From a candidate division FCPU426 bacterium (lineage in GTDB: Bacteria; Oederibacteriota; JAAXVQ01; JAUVAV01): a DNA stretch of 64,000 bases. The position numbers and the translations under genes are program-made. The stretch spans positions 1,308,878-1,372,877 of the forward strand of contig JBFLYH010000001.1 of assembly GCA_040756875.1 (NCBI GenBank), given 5' to 3'. The notes under the pieces were generated by a model. That model was not told the origin of the DNA, searched no databases, and was given only the letters and a program-made list of their open reading frames with translations. Each line of letters opens with the position of its first letter. The first letter of the stretch is position 1. Positions 1 through 9,115 of the stretch are shown in pieces.

Positions 1-90
1 CACGTCCTCCCACACTGCCCGGCCGGTCACCGGCAAACTCAACAGCAGCGCGCAACCCATCAATACCTTCAGCCGAATGGACCCCTCCAT
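1..90 (-). CDS. 5' fragment of a probable secreted protein (runs off the window)
   Basis: ATG at 90 with GGTGAG upstream; translates MEGSIRLKVLMGCALLLSLPVTGRAVWEDV, which looks like a signal peptide. Confidence 0.55.
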   Translation of the reverse strand, partial: MEGSIRLKVLMGCALLLSLPVTGRAVWEDV

Positions 91-161
91 GCCGCTCACC
101 TGCTTTCCACGCTGGTATTATACCGCGGGTTTCAATAAAACCGTTGCAGAACCCGTCCAAT

Positions 162-297
162 TAGCAGGGTGCTGAAAAACCCATATATCATCCCCTAGCA
201 CCCTGCTACCCCATGAAAAATCTCTGATTTTTCATGGGGTATTCCATGCAACGCAATCGAAAAAGACCGCTCTGCGGGCTTTTTCATCAGCCTGTTA
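162..297. mobile_element. MITE-like element with imperfect terminal inverted repeats and nested palindromes
   Basis: TAGCAGGGTGCTGAAAAAC matches the reverse complement of the right end (TAACAGGCTGATGAAAAAG) at 15/19; internal perfect 16-bp IR at 207-241. Confidence 0.5.
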
Positions 298-325
298 GAC
301 TCATCCGCAAACTCCCAGGCTCCCG

Positions 326-1282
326 CTACTTGATGACCGCCACCTTGAACCGCTCTTCCCCGCCCGGCCCGGATAAAATCAGCACATAGATCCCGCTGGC
401 AACCTTTTGGCCTGACGAGGTGGTTCCGTCCCACTCCACGGCCTGCGGGCCGACAGCCAGGTCCTGGTCCAGCAGTGTGGATACGGGCCGGCCCTCGCGG
501 GAAAAAACCGCCACCCGGCAGCGGCCGGGCTGGTCGAGCGTGAATTCCAGACGCGCGCGTTCGAAACGGTTCAGATGCAGGGTGTTGTTCAGCAGGCGCG
601 CCTGGCTTACGGCCAGCGCGGTTTTGGCCGCGCCCTGGCGCTCCGGCTCGCCGGCCGCCGGCCTCAGGGGTTGCGGGGCGCGGGCCGTTTTCGGCTGGCC
701 GTGCAGCCTGGGGCCGCGTATCCGCGGGATTTCCGCAGCTGGCCGGGCTGCCTGTCCGGCGGTAGGAACCGGAATGGCGGCAGCCGCAACTTGCGGCGTT
801 TCCAGCCGGGCCGTGCGCGCCGGCGTGTAAACCGGGGTCAGCCGGGCCGTCTTTTCTTCGGCCGTCATTGCCGGCATCGGCGCCTGGGACTGGGCCGGCT
901 GCGGGGCCTGGACCAGGGTGACAACCGGCGGTTCGGGCGGATGCTGCAACACGCGATAGGTGGACAGGACCAGCGCAGCCGCGGCCGCGGCCACGCCCAG
1001 GGCGCCGAGCGTGGCCGGCACCCAGTGCCAGCGGTACGGCCTGGGCGCGGGCAAACCGCCGAGGCGCAGCCGCAACCGGTGGTTGAAATCCGCGGGCGCG
1101 CGCAGGGAGTAATCGCGGGCCAGGGCGCGCGACATCGCCTGCTCCCAACGGTCTTCGGCCGCGCACAGCGGGCAGTCGGCCAGATGGCGGCGCAGGCGCT
1201 CCTCCCGCCGGGGCGGAAGCGTTCCCGCCCGCCAGGCCGACAATTCCCTGCTCCAGGCCGGATCGTGCCGGGGTGGGGTCAT
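326..1282 (-). CDS. zf-HC2 anti-sigma factor with TM helix and C-terminal FlgD-Ig/T9SS-like domain
   Basis: HLADCPLC (HxxxCxxC), hydrophobic helix, Pro/Ala linker, WDG..SG..VASGIY..RFKVAVIK end; directly after an ECF sigma gene. Confidence 0.85.
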   Translation of the reverse strand: MTPPRHDPAWSRELSAWRAGTLPPRREERLRRHLADCPLCAAEDRWEQAMSRALARDYSLRAPADFNHRLRLRLGGLPAPRPYRWHWVPATLGALGVAAAAAALVLSTYRVLQHPPEPPVVTLVQAPQPAQSQAPMPAMTAEEKTARLTPVYTPARTARLETPQVAAAAIPVPTAGQAARPAAEIPRIRGPRLHGQPKTARAPQPLRPAAGEPERQGAAKTALAVSQARLLNNTLHLNRFERARLEFTLDQPGRCRVAVFSREGRPVSTLLDQDLAVGPQAVEWDGTTSSGQKVASGIYVLILSGPGGEERFKVAVIK

Positions 1283-1286
1283 GGGG

Positions 1287-1892
1287 TCACGGCTCCCGCC
1301 TCCAGGATTTCAGCAATCTGCGCAGGTCCTCGCGCGCGCGATACAGGCGCGACTTCACCGTGCCCTCGGGCAGGCTGAGAATCCGCGCCACCTCGGCGAC
1401 TTCCAACCCTTCCAGTTCCTTCAGGATCAGAACCTGGCGAAAACGGGGATCGAGCTGGTGGATGGCCTTGAGGATCATTTCCTTGGTTTCCTCCGATTGG
1501 GCCAGTTCCTCGGGGGTGGAGGGCCAGTGGACACCCATGGGTTCGCCGGCCTCCAGCGCGGCCGTGAACAGCGTCCGCCGGCGCGAAGACTTCTTGGACT
1601 GGGTGTAAACCAAATTGACCGCAATGCGGTACAGCCAGGTGTAAAAATTGGATTCCTGGCGGAATTTGCCCAAACTGCGGTAGGCTTTCACGAACGTTTC
1701 CTGCGCCAGATCCTCGGCCTCCTGGGCGTTCAAGACCATGTGATAGACCAGGGCGTACAAGCGGTCCCGATAACGGGTCACCAGGGCGTCATAGGCGTCG
1801 GCGTCGCCCCGCAGGGTGCGCGCGATCAGCTGGCGGTCAGGTTCCCGACTATCGTTTAGACTGGAAGGCTCAGGACGAGGTTCCCGGCTCAT
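1287..1892 (-). CDS. ECF RNA polymerase sigma-70 factor (RpoE-like)
   Basis: AEDLAQETF, FYTWLYRIAVN and GTVKSRLYRAR motifs. Confidence 0.95.
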   Translation of the reverse strand: MSREPRPEPSSLNDSREPDRQLIARTLRGDADAYDALVTRYRDRLYALVYHMVLNAQEAEDLAQETFVKAYRSLGKFRQESNFYTWLYRIAVNLVYTQSKKSSRRRTLFTAALEAGEPMGVHWPSTPEELAQSEETKEMILKAIHQLDPRFRQVLILKELEGLEVAEVARILSLPEGTVKSRLYRAREDLRRLLKSWRREP

Positions 1893-4800
1893 GGAAGTTT
1901 TTTACGGATGGTTTCCCAACGCTGGTGGAACAAGGTATTGTCCGGTTCCAGGGCCAAAGCCTCGCGGTAATGCCATTCGGCTTCGGACCAGCGCGCTTGG
2001 CGCTCCAGCAGCTGGGCCAGGTTGTAATGCACCACGGCCCAGTTGAGCGAAAGCAGTTCCCATTCGTACTTGCCCTGGGCGGACGGCGCCAAGGCCTGGA
2101 GTTCGAGGGCAATGCGCAGGCTGCGTTCGGCCTCGGGATAAGCCCGGCGCATTTCCTCGGCCAGGCCCAGGTTGCTCCAGGCCCCCGCATACCGGGGTTC
2201 CAGGTCCACGGCAATCCGCCAGGCACGTTCGGCCCCGTCCATGCGCCCCGCGTCCCGCAGCTGGTTGCCCAGTTCGAAATACAACGGGGCCTGGTGAGGG
2301 GCGCGCTCCACAGCCTGCCGGAAGGCGTTCTCGGCTTGGTCGTACAAGCGCTCGCGTTCTTCGCCGGCCAGGCGGCTGGCGCGAAGCCCCAACAGCACGC
2401 CGAGGTGGCGGTGGATGAACGCATCGCTTCCGTTGAGGGAGAGCGCCCGCCTGAAGGCCCAATCCGCCAGCTGGTACCAATTGTCCGCGTCCATCAGGGC
2501 GTACAGGTCGGTGCGCACCAGGCCCAGGCGGTCGTAGCCCCGGCTGGAGAGCGGATGCACGAGCAGCGCCCGCTCGTAGGCGCGGCTGGCGGCTTTCAAG
2601 TCTTGCTTATAGTGCAGCGCCTCACCCAACCGCTCCAAATACTCGCCCACCAGCGGGCGGGTCGCGGTCAGGGCCACGGCGGCCAGCAGCACGGCCAGCA
2701 GCACGGTGAGCGGCTGGCGGCCGTAAACCCGCCACAACTCGGGCCAGGACACTGGTTTGGACTTGGCGAACGGCGCGGCAGACGGCGGCGCGGTGGCCAC
2801 GCCGGCCAGCAGCATGTACCACAATAAAAGGCCCGGCACGTGCCAGTTGAAATCCAACAAAGCCTGCGCCATGGCCCCGGCCAGCCCGGCCCAGGCCGCG
2901 ATCCGGGCCGCAGCCTCCCAGGACGGCGGCTTGGCCGCCTCAAGCGGACCGGCGCGCCAATAGCGCCGGAAATGCCAGTACAACATCAACAGCCCGGTGC
3001 CCAGCAACAGCAGTCCGGGCAGGCCCGTCGCCGCGGCCATTTGCAGCGCTTCGTTGTGGGCGAACTCGGCCTGCTTGCCGTAGCGGGCCAGGCCGCGGAG
3101 GTTGGGAAAGCTGTAACGCTCGAAAGCGTCCGCGAAATTTCCCGGCCCCACGCCCAGGATCGGATGGTCCCGGATCATTTTAAGGGAAGCCAGCGCCAAT
3201 TGTGACCGCTCGTACGCCTGGCCGGAATAACCCTGCCAATCCCGCAGGCGGTTTCCGGCGGACATCGGCAGCAGCACCGCCAGAATGGCCAGCAAGGCTG
3301 CCGCGCCCAGGGCCGCTGAAAAATACCGCGAATGGCCCTGGCGCAGGCGCGCAAGCAGCAATCCGGTTCCGACCGCAAAATTCAGCAGGCCGGCCATGGA
3401 GCCTGTGGCCAGGAGGGCCAGAAAAACCAGGACGCCGCCGGCGCCGGCGGCCAGGCGCCAGTTCCGGCGCCAGGGAGCCCAGATGGCCAGGGCCGACAGG
3501 CTCAGCCCGCCCAGTGACAGGTACGCGGCCAGGATGTTCGGATTCGGCCAGCCGGCCGTGGCCCGCGCGCCGGCCGGAGCGGTCAGGCTCTCCCCCAGCG
3601 CCATCAGGGCCAGGGCCAGGGCGCCGGCGCCGGCCAGCGGCGCCAGCCAGGCGCCCAAATTCGCCGCGGTCGAAGCCAAGGCGAACACCACGAGCGCCAG
3701 CAGCCCCAGGCTCAGGCCGGTAATGGCGCCGGCCGGATGCGGAGAAGCCAGGGCCGACAAGGTGCTCCAGACAAACAGCATGCCCAGGGGCCAGCGCCAG
3801 GGCAAGCGGCGCAAGCCTTGTTCCCAATTCTGCCATTGCGTCAGCCGGGCCAGAAAAAACCACAGCAGCGCCGCGGCCGCCAGCCAATAGACTGTTCCCA
3901 TGACCACCAGGCTGCGTCCGGCCCGCCACAGCACCACGGTTCCCACCATGAAAAGGGTCCAGCGCAGCCAGGGTTCCCAGGGCGCAGCCGCGGGTTCGGG
4001 TTTGGATTTCTTCGAACCGGTCAGGCCGGCCAGGGTGCCTGCGAACAGCCAGAACGTGAGGCTGGTTTTTAAAAAATCCAGGTCCACGTCCACCAGCGCG
4101 TGCAGCAGGCCCGCCGCCAGGCCGGCTGCAAGCCCCAAAGCCAGGATGCGCTGGGGATGGTTTTTAATTTTGGAAAAGCCCTTCTTTGCATGCAGGCCCA
4201 CGGCGGCCGCCAGCCAGACAAACGCCCCCACGCCCAGCAGGCCGGTTTCAGCGAAGCGCTGCAGTAAAAAGTTGTGCGCATACCTTACAAAGGAACCGGA
4301 AAGGTGCTGATACTCGGGAAACAGGCTGCCGAAAACCCCGGGCCCCACGCCGGTCGCCGCATGCTCCCATCCCATGCGCAGCGTGCTGAGCCAGTTGAAC
4401 CCCCGGCTGACGAGATTCGCGGACAGCATTTGCGGATCGCGGGCCAGGATCAGGACCAGGGCCACGCCCAGGGCCAGGGTCGAACCCGCGGCCCAGACCA
4501 TCCAGGTCCGGACCCACGGCAGCCGGTCTTCGGACCCATGCTGCCACCAGAAAAAGAACAACGCCAGTCCGACGACGGCGGACATCCAGCCGCCCACTGA
4601 TCCCGTGGCGTACAGGCCCAGCATGACCAGCACCAGCCCCCCGGCCACCAGGACGGCGGCCCAGCGCCGGCGCGCGGTCAGCAACAGGGCGAAACCCAGC
4701 GGCAGAAACTGGCTGAGAAAACCCGCCAGCAGGTTGGGATAGACCAGGAGCGAGAAGGCGCGCCGCGAGGACAGGCGGCGGGCAATCTCCTCGTTTAAAG

Positions 4801-5290
4801 GGCCTTCGGGCGGGTTGACGCCGAAAACCTGCTGGTACGTCTGGGCCAGGCCGGTCACGTGCTGGTACAACCCGTACAGCGCCAGCACGGCCGCCACGCC
4901 GAACAGGGCCAGCAAGGCCGGGCGCGCCGTATGGACGGTGCGCGCCGTAAGCGTAGCGCCGAGAAACAGCAGGAGCAAGGCCAGCTCCCGCGCAAACGGG
5001 TTGATGCTCGCCGCCGGGTCCTGGGACCACAGTACGGACAGCGCCCAAGCGGCCGCGTACGCCAGAACCGCAGGGCCGAAGGCGACGGGCCCCTGGGTTT
5101 CCGTGTGGAAGGCCAGTAACAGCCACAGAAACGCGGCCAGCAGCAGCGAACCGAGCAGGAAAAGCGAGACGGTCTGCGGAAGGAAGGTTTGCGGAATCAG
5201 CAGTAAGGCGCCCACCAAGCCCGCAACGGCCCAAAAGCCGTTGCGGCTGACCCACCGGGGATACCAGTGGCCGAGCAGGAATGCGGTCAT
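1889..5290 (-). CDS. Membrane protein with two O-antigen ligase (Wzy_C)-like modules and C-terminal TPRs
   Basis: Duplicated motif sets PN(L/I)LA, GVGPG.F and AHN..LQ; many TM helices; TPR tail. Confidence 0.85.
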   Translation of the reverse strand: MTAFLLGHWYPRWVSRNGFWAVAGLVGALLLIPQTFLPQTVSLFLLGSLLLAAFLWLLLAFHTETQGPVAFGPAVLAYAAAWALSVLWSQDPAASINPFARELALLLLFLGATLTARTVHTARPALLALFGVAAVLALYGLYQHVTGLAQTYQQVFGVNPPEGPLNEEIARRLSSRRAFSLLVYPNLLAGFLSQFLPLGFALLLTARRRWAAVLVAGGLVLVMLGLYATGSVGGWMSAVVGLALFFFWWQHGSEDRLPWVRTWMVWAAGSTLALGVALVLILARDPQMLSANLVSRGFNWLSTLRMGWEHAATGVGPGVFGSLFPEYQHLSGSFVRYAHNFLLQRFAETGLLGVGAFVWLAAAVGLHAKKGFSKIKNHPQRILALGLAAGLAAGLLHALVDVDLDFLKTSLTFWLFAGTLAGLTGSKKSKPEPAAAPWEPWLRWTLFMVGTVVLWRAGRSLVVMGTVYWLAAAALLWFFLARLTQWQNWEQGLRRLPWRWPLGMLFVWSTLSALASPHPAGAITGLSLGLLALVVFALASTAANLGAWLAPLAGAGALALALMALGESLTAPAGARATAGWPNPNILAAYLSLGGLSLSALAIWAPWRRNWRLAAGAGGVLVFLALLATGSMAGLLNFAVGTGLLLARLRQGHSRYFSAALGAAALLAILAVLLPMSAGNRLRDWQGYSGQAYERSQLALASLKMIRDHPILGVGPGNFADAFERYSFPNLRGLARYGKQAEFAHNEALQMAAATGLPGLLLLGTGLLMLYWHFRRYWRAGPLEAAKPPSWEAAARIAAWAGLAGAMAQALLDFNWHVPGLLLWYMLLAGVATAPPSAAPFAKSKPVSWPELWRVYGRQPLTVLLAVLLAAVALTATRPLVGEYLERLGEALHYKQDLKAASRAYERALLVHPLSSRGYDRLGLVRTDLYALMDADNWYQLADWAFRRALSLNGSDAFIHRHLGVLLGLRASRLAGEERERLYDQAENAFRQAVERAPHQAPLYFELGNQLRDAGRMDGAERAWRIAVDLEPRYAGAWSNLGLAEEMRRAYPEAERSLRIALELQALAPSAQGKYEWELLSLNWAVVHYNLAQLLERQARWSEAEWHYREALALEPDNTLFHQRWETIRKKLP

Positions 5291-5733
5291 TCTTTGGAAG
5301 CGGCCAGCAAGGAATGGGCGGCTTGCAACGCCAGCAGGTATGACTCGGCGCCGAATCCCATGATGCGGCCCGTGGCCACGCCGGCCACATAGGACCGGTG
5401 GCGGAAATCTTCGCGTGCGTATACGTTGGACAGGTGCACTTCGATGGTGGGTATGTTCACGGCCTTAAGGGCGTCCAGAATCGCCACCGAGGTGTGCGTG
5501 TAAGCCGCCGGATTGATGATGATGACTTGGGCCCACAAGCGCGCGTTTTGGATGGTCTCGACCATCTCGCCCTCATGGTTGGTCTGGACGATGCGCACTT
5601 CCAGGCCCAACTTGTTGGCCAGGTCCTGGACCGACTGGTTGACTTCCTCCAGTTTGACCGAGCCGTAGACTTCGGGCTCGCGAATTCCGATCAGATTCAA
5701 ATTCGGACCATGTATGACTAAAACCCGGTTCAC
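5287..5733 (-). CDS. aroQ: Type II 3-dehydroquinate dehydratase
   Basis: HGPNLN, INPAAYTHTS and EVHLSN motifs; GTG start at 5733 after GGAGG. Confidence 0.97.
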   Translation of the reverse strand: MNRVLVIHGPNLNLIGIREPEVYGSVKLEEVNQSVQDLANKLGLEVRIVQTNHEGEMVETIQNARLWAQVIIINPAAYTHTSVAILDALKAVNIPTIEVHLSNVYAREDFRHRSYVAGVATGRIMGFGAESYLLALQAAHSLLAASKE

Positions 5734-5761
5734 CCTGTTCCTCCCGCAACCCGACATCCTA

Positions 5762-5897
5762 GGCGGCGGACGTTCCAGCTTATCGTCTCACCAGCCTAAC
5801 CTCATTCAAAAGGTTCCTCTTCGGATTCGGGTTGCTTTCCGAATCTGAAGAAATGATATCGAAGGCCTTGAGGCGGTGAGCTGGAACGTCCGCCACC
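5762..5897 (+). ncRNA. Rod-shaped structured RNA candidate (6S-like or palindromic element)
   Basis: About 29-bp closing stem, central bubble and 13-bp terminal stem; four mismatches resolve as G-U pairs on the + strand. Confidence 0.4.
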
Positions 5898-5909
5898 CTC
5901 TTCCCTCTT

Positions 5910-6989
5910 CTACCAGAGATAATCCATGGGGTCCTTGACGCGGCCGCGCTCCAAGATTGAAAAATGCAGATGCGGGCCGGTCACCCGGCCGGTCGATCCG
6001 GAACGCCCGATCAATTGGCCGCGGCGGACGGATTGCCCGGTCCGGACAAGGATCTGGTCCAAGTGCCCGTACACGGTTTGATACCCGTTGTGGTGGTCGA
6101 TTTTAATGAACTTGCCCACGGCCCCGCCCCAGCCCGCCGCGATGACCGTGCCCTCGGCCGCCGATCCGACCCAGGTGCGGTGCGGGCAGGCGATGTCTAC
6201 GCCGTTATGGAACTTGGAAAAACCCAGCACCGGATGCAGGCGCATGCCCACGAAGGAGGTGTACCGTCCGGCCAGCGGCGAACGGAAGAGTGCGCGCTTG
6301 CTGTACTGCTCGTGCATGCCTTCGGAAAGATAGCGGGGCTTGGCGCCCGGGATGAAAAGCCACATACCCGGCAGTACGTCCCAATCGCTGTGGATGAGGT
6401 TGGCGCCGAGAATGGCGGCCGGCTCCACGCCGTAATCCAGGGCCACGGTGTCGATGGTTTCCCCGGGTTTGATCTGGTGCAAAGAACCGCCCTGCGAGGG
6501 AAGCAGGATTTTCTGCCCCTGAAAGCAGATCACCTGGCGCAGGTGCGGATTGCAGCCCACGATGGTGTCGATGGTGTAGCCGCGTTCCTTGGCGATCTGC
6601 CAGTAGTTTTCGCCGTTGGCGATGGTATGCAGGGAAAACTGGACGGCCTCGGGGTTCACGAAGCGGGTGTAGCTCAGAATCAGATCATCGAGCCCATCGG
6701 CTTCCCGGCTTCCGGCCTGCAGGCCGGTTTCCAGGGCATCCAAAAAAGCGGTCAGGTCCGGATACAGGTCGAACCCCTCCCCTGAGTAGGCTTCCAAGCG
6801 TTCGAGGGCGAAGGCTGATGGCAGGGACTGCTGGTTGGACGTTTCCGGGTACAAAGGGGCCACCGTGGGTTTGACGATCGTCGCAGCCACGGCCAGAGCG
6901 CCCACAGAACCTGCCAGACCGATAACCAGCAGGAAACGCAACGGGCGAAAAACCGGAAAAAGCCTGGATATCAAGGAGATTTGCAGCAT
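5910..6989 (-). CDS. LysM-domain M23 family metallopeptidase
   Basis: Two LysM-like repeats, HNGVD and HLH motifs; start uncertain (ORF extends to 7055). Confidence 0.93.
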   Translation of the reverse strand: MLQISLISRLFPVFRPLRFLLVIGLAGSVGALAVAATIVKPTVAPLYPETSNQQSLPSAFALERLEAYSGEGFDLYPDLTAFLDALETGLQAGSREADGLDDLILSYTRFVNPEAVQFSLHTIANGENYWQIAKERGYTIDTIVGCNPHLRQVICFQGQKILLPSQGGSLHQIKPGETIDTVALDYGVEPAAILGANLIHSDWDVLPGMWLFIPGAKPRYLSEGMHEQYSKRALFRSPLAGRYTSFVGMRLHPVLGFSKFHNGVDIACPHRTWVGSAAEGTVIAAGWGGAVGKFIKIDHHNGYQTVYGHLDQILVRTGQSVRRGQLIGRSGSTGRVTGPHLHFSILERGRVKDPMDYLW

Positions 6990-7114
6990 GTGAGGGAATC
7001 TTATCACGGTTTGCCACCTGGGTCCATAAAAAAACCCCGGCCTCAATTTAGTCATCCCCTTCGCCGGCGGACTCTGTAGGCGGAACTCATCCGGAATGCC
7101 TACACCCTTCGGGC

Positions 7115-9043
7115 TCAGCGCATGATCGCCAGCTTGCCGCGCCGTTCCTCAGTTTCGGATTTAATGATGTAAATATACACGCCCGAGGCGACCCGCTTGC
7201 CCTGGCTGTTGGTCAGGTCCCATTCCACCCGGTTGCCGGGTGAATCTTTGTAGAATTCGCGCACCAGGCTCCCGCCCAGGTCGTAAAGCCGGATGACGCA
7301 GCGCCGCGTCAGGTTGAAGAAAACGATCTGGCCGCGCACATTCCTGTCCGTACGGAAGGGATTGGGATACACGATCATGTTCGACAGGTCCGCCGCCTCG
7401 ACGTTGGGGGTCGAAGTCAGCGTGAAAGTCGGGGTCAGCGTGATGGTCGGCGTCAAGGTCCGCGTGGGCGAAAGCGTGCTGGTTGGGCTCTGGGTAAACG
7501 TCGCGGAAATGGTCGGCGTGCGGGTAAACGTCGGCGTCACCGTAAAGGTGGAGGTTTGGGTCGCCGTGGGGGTAAAGGTGTCCGTCGGAGTGGTGGTGAA
7601 GGTCTGCGTGAAGGTCCGGGTCGGGGTTTCCGTGGGCGTGGCCGTAACCGTGTCTGTGGGTGTATGGGTGGCGGACTGAGTGAACGTCGCGGTGGAGGTC
7701 TGCGTCGGCGTGACCGTGGGCGTGGCTGTGCGGGTATAGGTCACGGTATCGGTGGCGGATTCGGTGGCCGTGGGCGTCACGGTGGGAGTGGGCGTGGAAG
7801 TCCGCGTAGGAGTGGCGGTAGAAGTCTCTGTAACCGTGTAGGTCTGGGTAGGCGTGGGCGTGATCGTCAGGGTGGGCGATTCGGTGAACGTCGGGGTGCG
7901 GGTAAAGGTCGGTGTATAGGTGGAGGTGGCCAAAGGCGTGTACGTGGGGGTGCTGGTCAGCCAGACATATTCGTAAATATTGTTGTCGGCCGAGGCGACG
8001 TACAGGCAGTTGTAGTTCGCGCCTTCGCGCCCGATGCCGGCCGCCATACCGTATAAGGCGCCACCGGAATCCGCCACCAGGGTCGAGGACCACGAAGCGC
8101 CGTTCCACCGGTATTCGTACGTCGCGCCGTCGTTGAAGCCGGCATACAGGCGCGTGACCCCGTCGTTGCGGACGTCGCCGATGGTCAAGCCGCGGCAGGT
8201 GTTGTTGTTGCCTCCCGGGCCGCCGATCGAGGACCCTGACCAGCTGCTGCCGCCCCAGACGAATTCCCACACCACGCCGTCATTGTGCCCGGCGTACACG
8301 TAATTGTTGCTGTCGCCATTGCGCCCTTTGCCGACCTGCACCACGTTGAAATTGTCTCCGCCGTTGCCCATGTCGGTTTGGCTGTAGGCGCTGCCGGTCC
8401 AGGTGTGCTCGTAGACGTGGTTGTTCAAGCTCGCGATGTACAGCCGAGGCACCAGGTCGTTCCGTCCATAGCCCAAGGCCACGGACACCGCGTCATCGCC
8501 CACATCCGTTCCGGCGTTATTGCTCAAATACATCGAAAAAAAACCGTTCCACTCAAATTCCTTGACGAAATTATCCGCGCTGCCCGTATAAATAAAATTC
8601 GAGGGATTTAAATTCCTGCCTTTGCCAACCACGCAGCTTAGCAGATTTTGCGACAGGCCCGAAGTTTGATACATTTCCCAGGAAGTGCCGTTGTAAAAAT
8701 AATCCATCAAACGGTTATTGTAGCCGCTGGCGTAAATGCGCGCTTCCCCGTTATTCCGGCCCTCACCCACCGCCACGCCGGACAGAATGTCCCCGGTGGC
8801 CGTGCCCACCGTCCCGCCGTTCCACCCGAAGCCATCCCACTGGTATTCATGCAAATACTGGTCGTCGCCGACCGCATAGAGATAAACGCCCGCAGAACCA
8901 TCCCGCCCCGCGGTCACGGTTACATCGCGGAAAGTGTTCGTTCCGCTGATGGTGTTCAACTCCCAAACAGCCAGAACCGTCGACGGCAATCCTGTTAAAC
9001 CAAGAGCTGGGATCAGGATCATGGTCATTGCGAACTTGTGCAT
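7115..9043 (-). CDS. Secreted beta-propeller-like protein with Thr/Pro stalk and T9SS-type CTD
   Basis: Signal peptide; repeats of G.GRN....lY.g..D..v.Ey.W.G.sW; TPT stalk; YPNP...VASGVY...GKLAIMR. Confidence 0.85.
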   Translation of the reverse strand: MHKFAMTMILIPALGLTGLPSTVLAVWELNTISGTNTFRDVTVTAGRDGSAGVYLYAVGDDQYLHEYQWDGFGWNGGTVGTATGDILSGVAVGEGRNNGEARIYASGYNNRLMDYFYNGTSWEMYQTSGLSQNLLSCVVGKGRNLNPSNFIYTGSADNFVKEFEWNGFFSMYLSNNAGTDVGDDAVSVALGYGRNDLVPRLYIASLNNHVYEHTWTGSAYSQTDMGNGGDNFNVVQVGKGRNGDSNNYVYAGHNDGVVWEFVWGGSSWSGSSIGGPGGNNNTCRGLTIGDVRNDGVTRLYAGFNDGATYEYRWNGASWSSTLVADSGGALYGMAAGIGREGANYNCLYVASADNNIYEYVWLTSTPTYTPLATSTYTPTFTRTPTFTESPTLTITPTPTQTYTVTETSTATPTRTSTPTPTVTPTATESATDTVTYTRTATPTVTPTQTSTATFTQSATHTPTDTVTATPTETPTRTFTQTFTTTPTDTFTPTATQTSTFTVTPTFTRTPTISATFTQSPTSTLSPTRTLTPTITLTPTFTLTSTPNVEAADLSNMIVYPNPFRTDRNVRGQIVFFNLTRRCVIRLYDLGGSLVREFYKDSPGNRVEWDLTNSQGKRVASGVYIYIIKSETEERRGKLAIMR

Positions 9044-9115
9044 GCAGCGCACTCCTCTTGACGGATGTCCTTATTTTTGCACACCCGTCTTAAAAAGCAA
9101 AGCCGGTTTTTATCT

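Noticed and set aside
195-1166. 323-aa alternative minus-strand ORF
   Set aside because: Overlaps the motif-supported anti-sigma gene in another frame; low-complexity translation.
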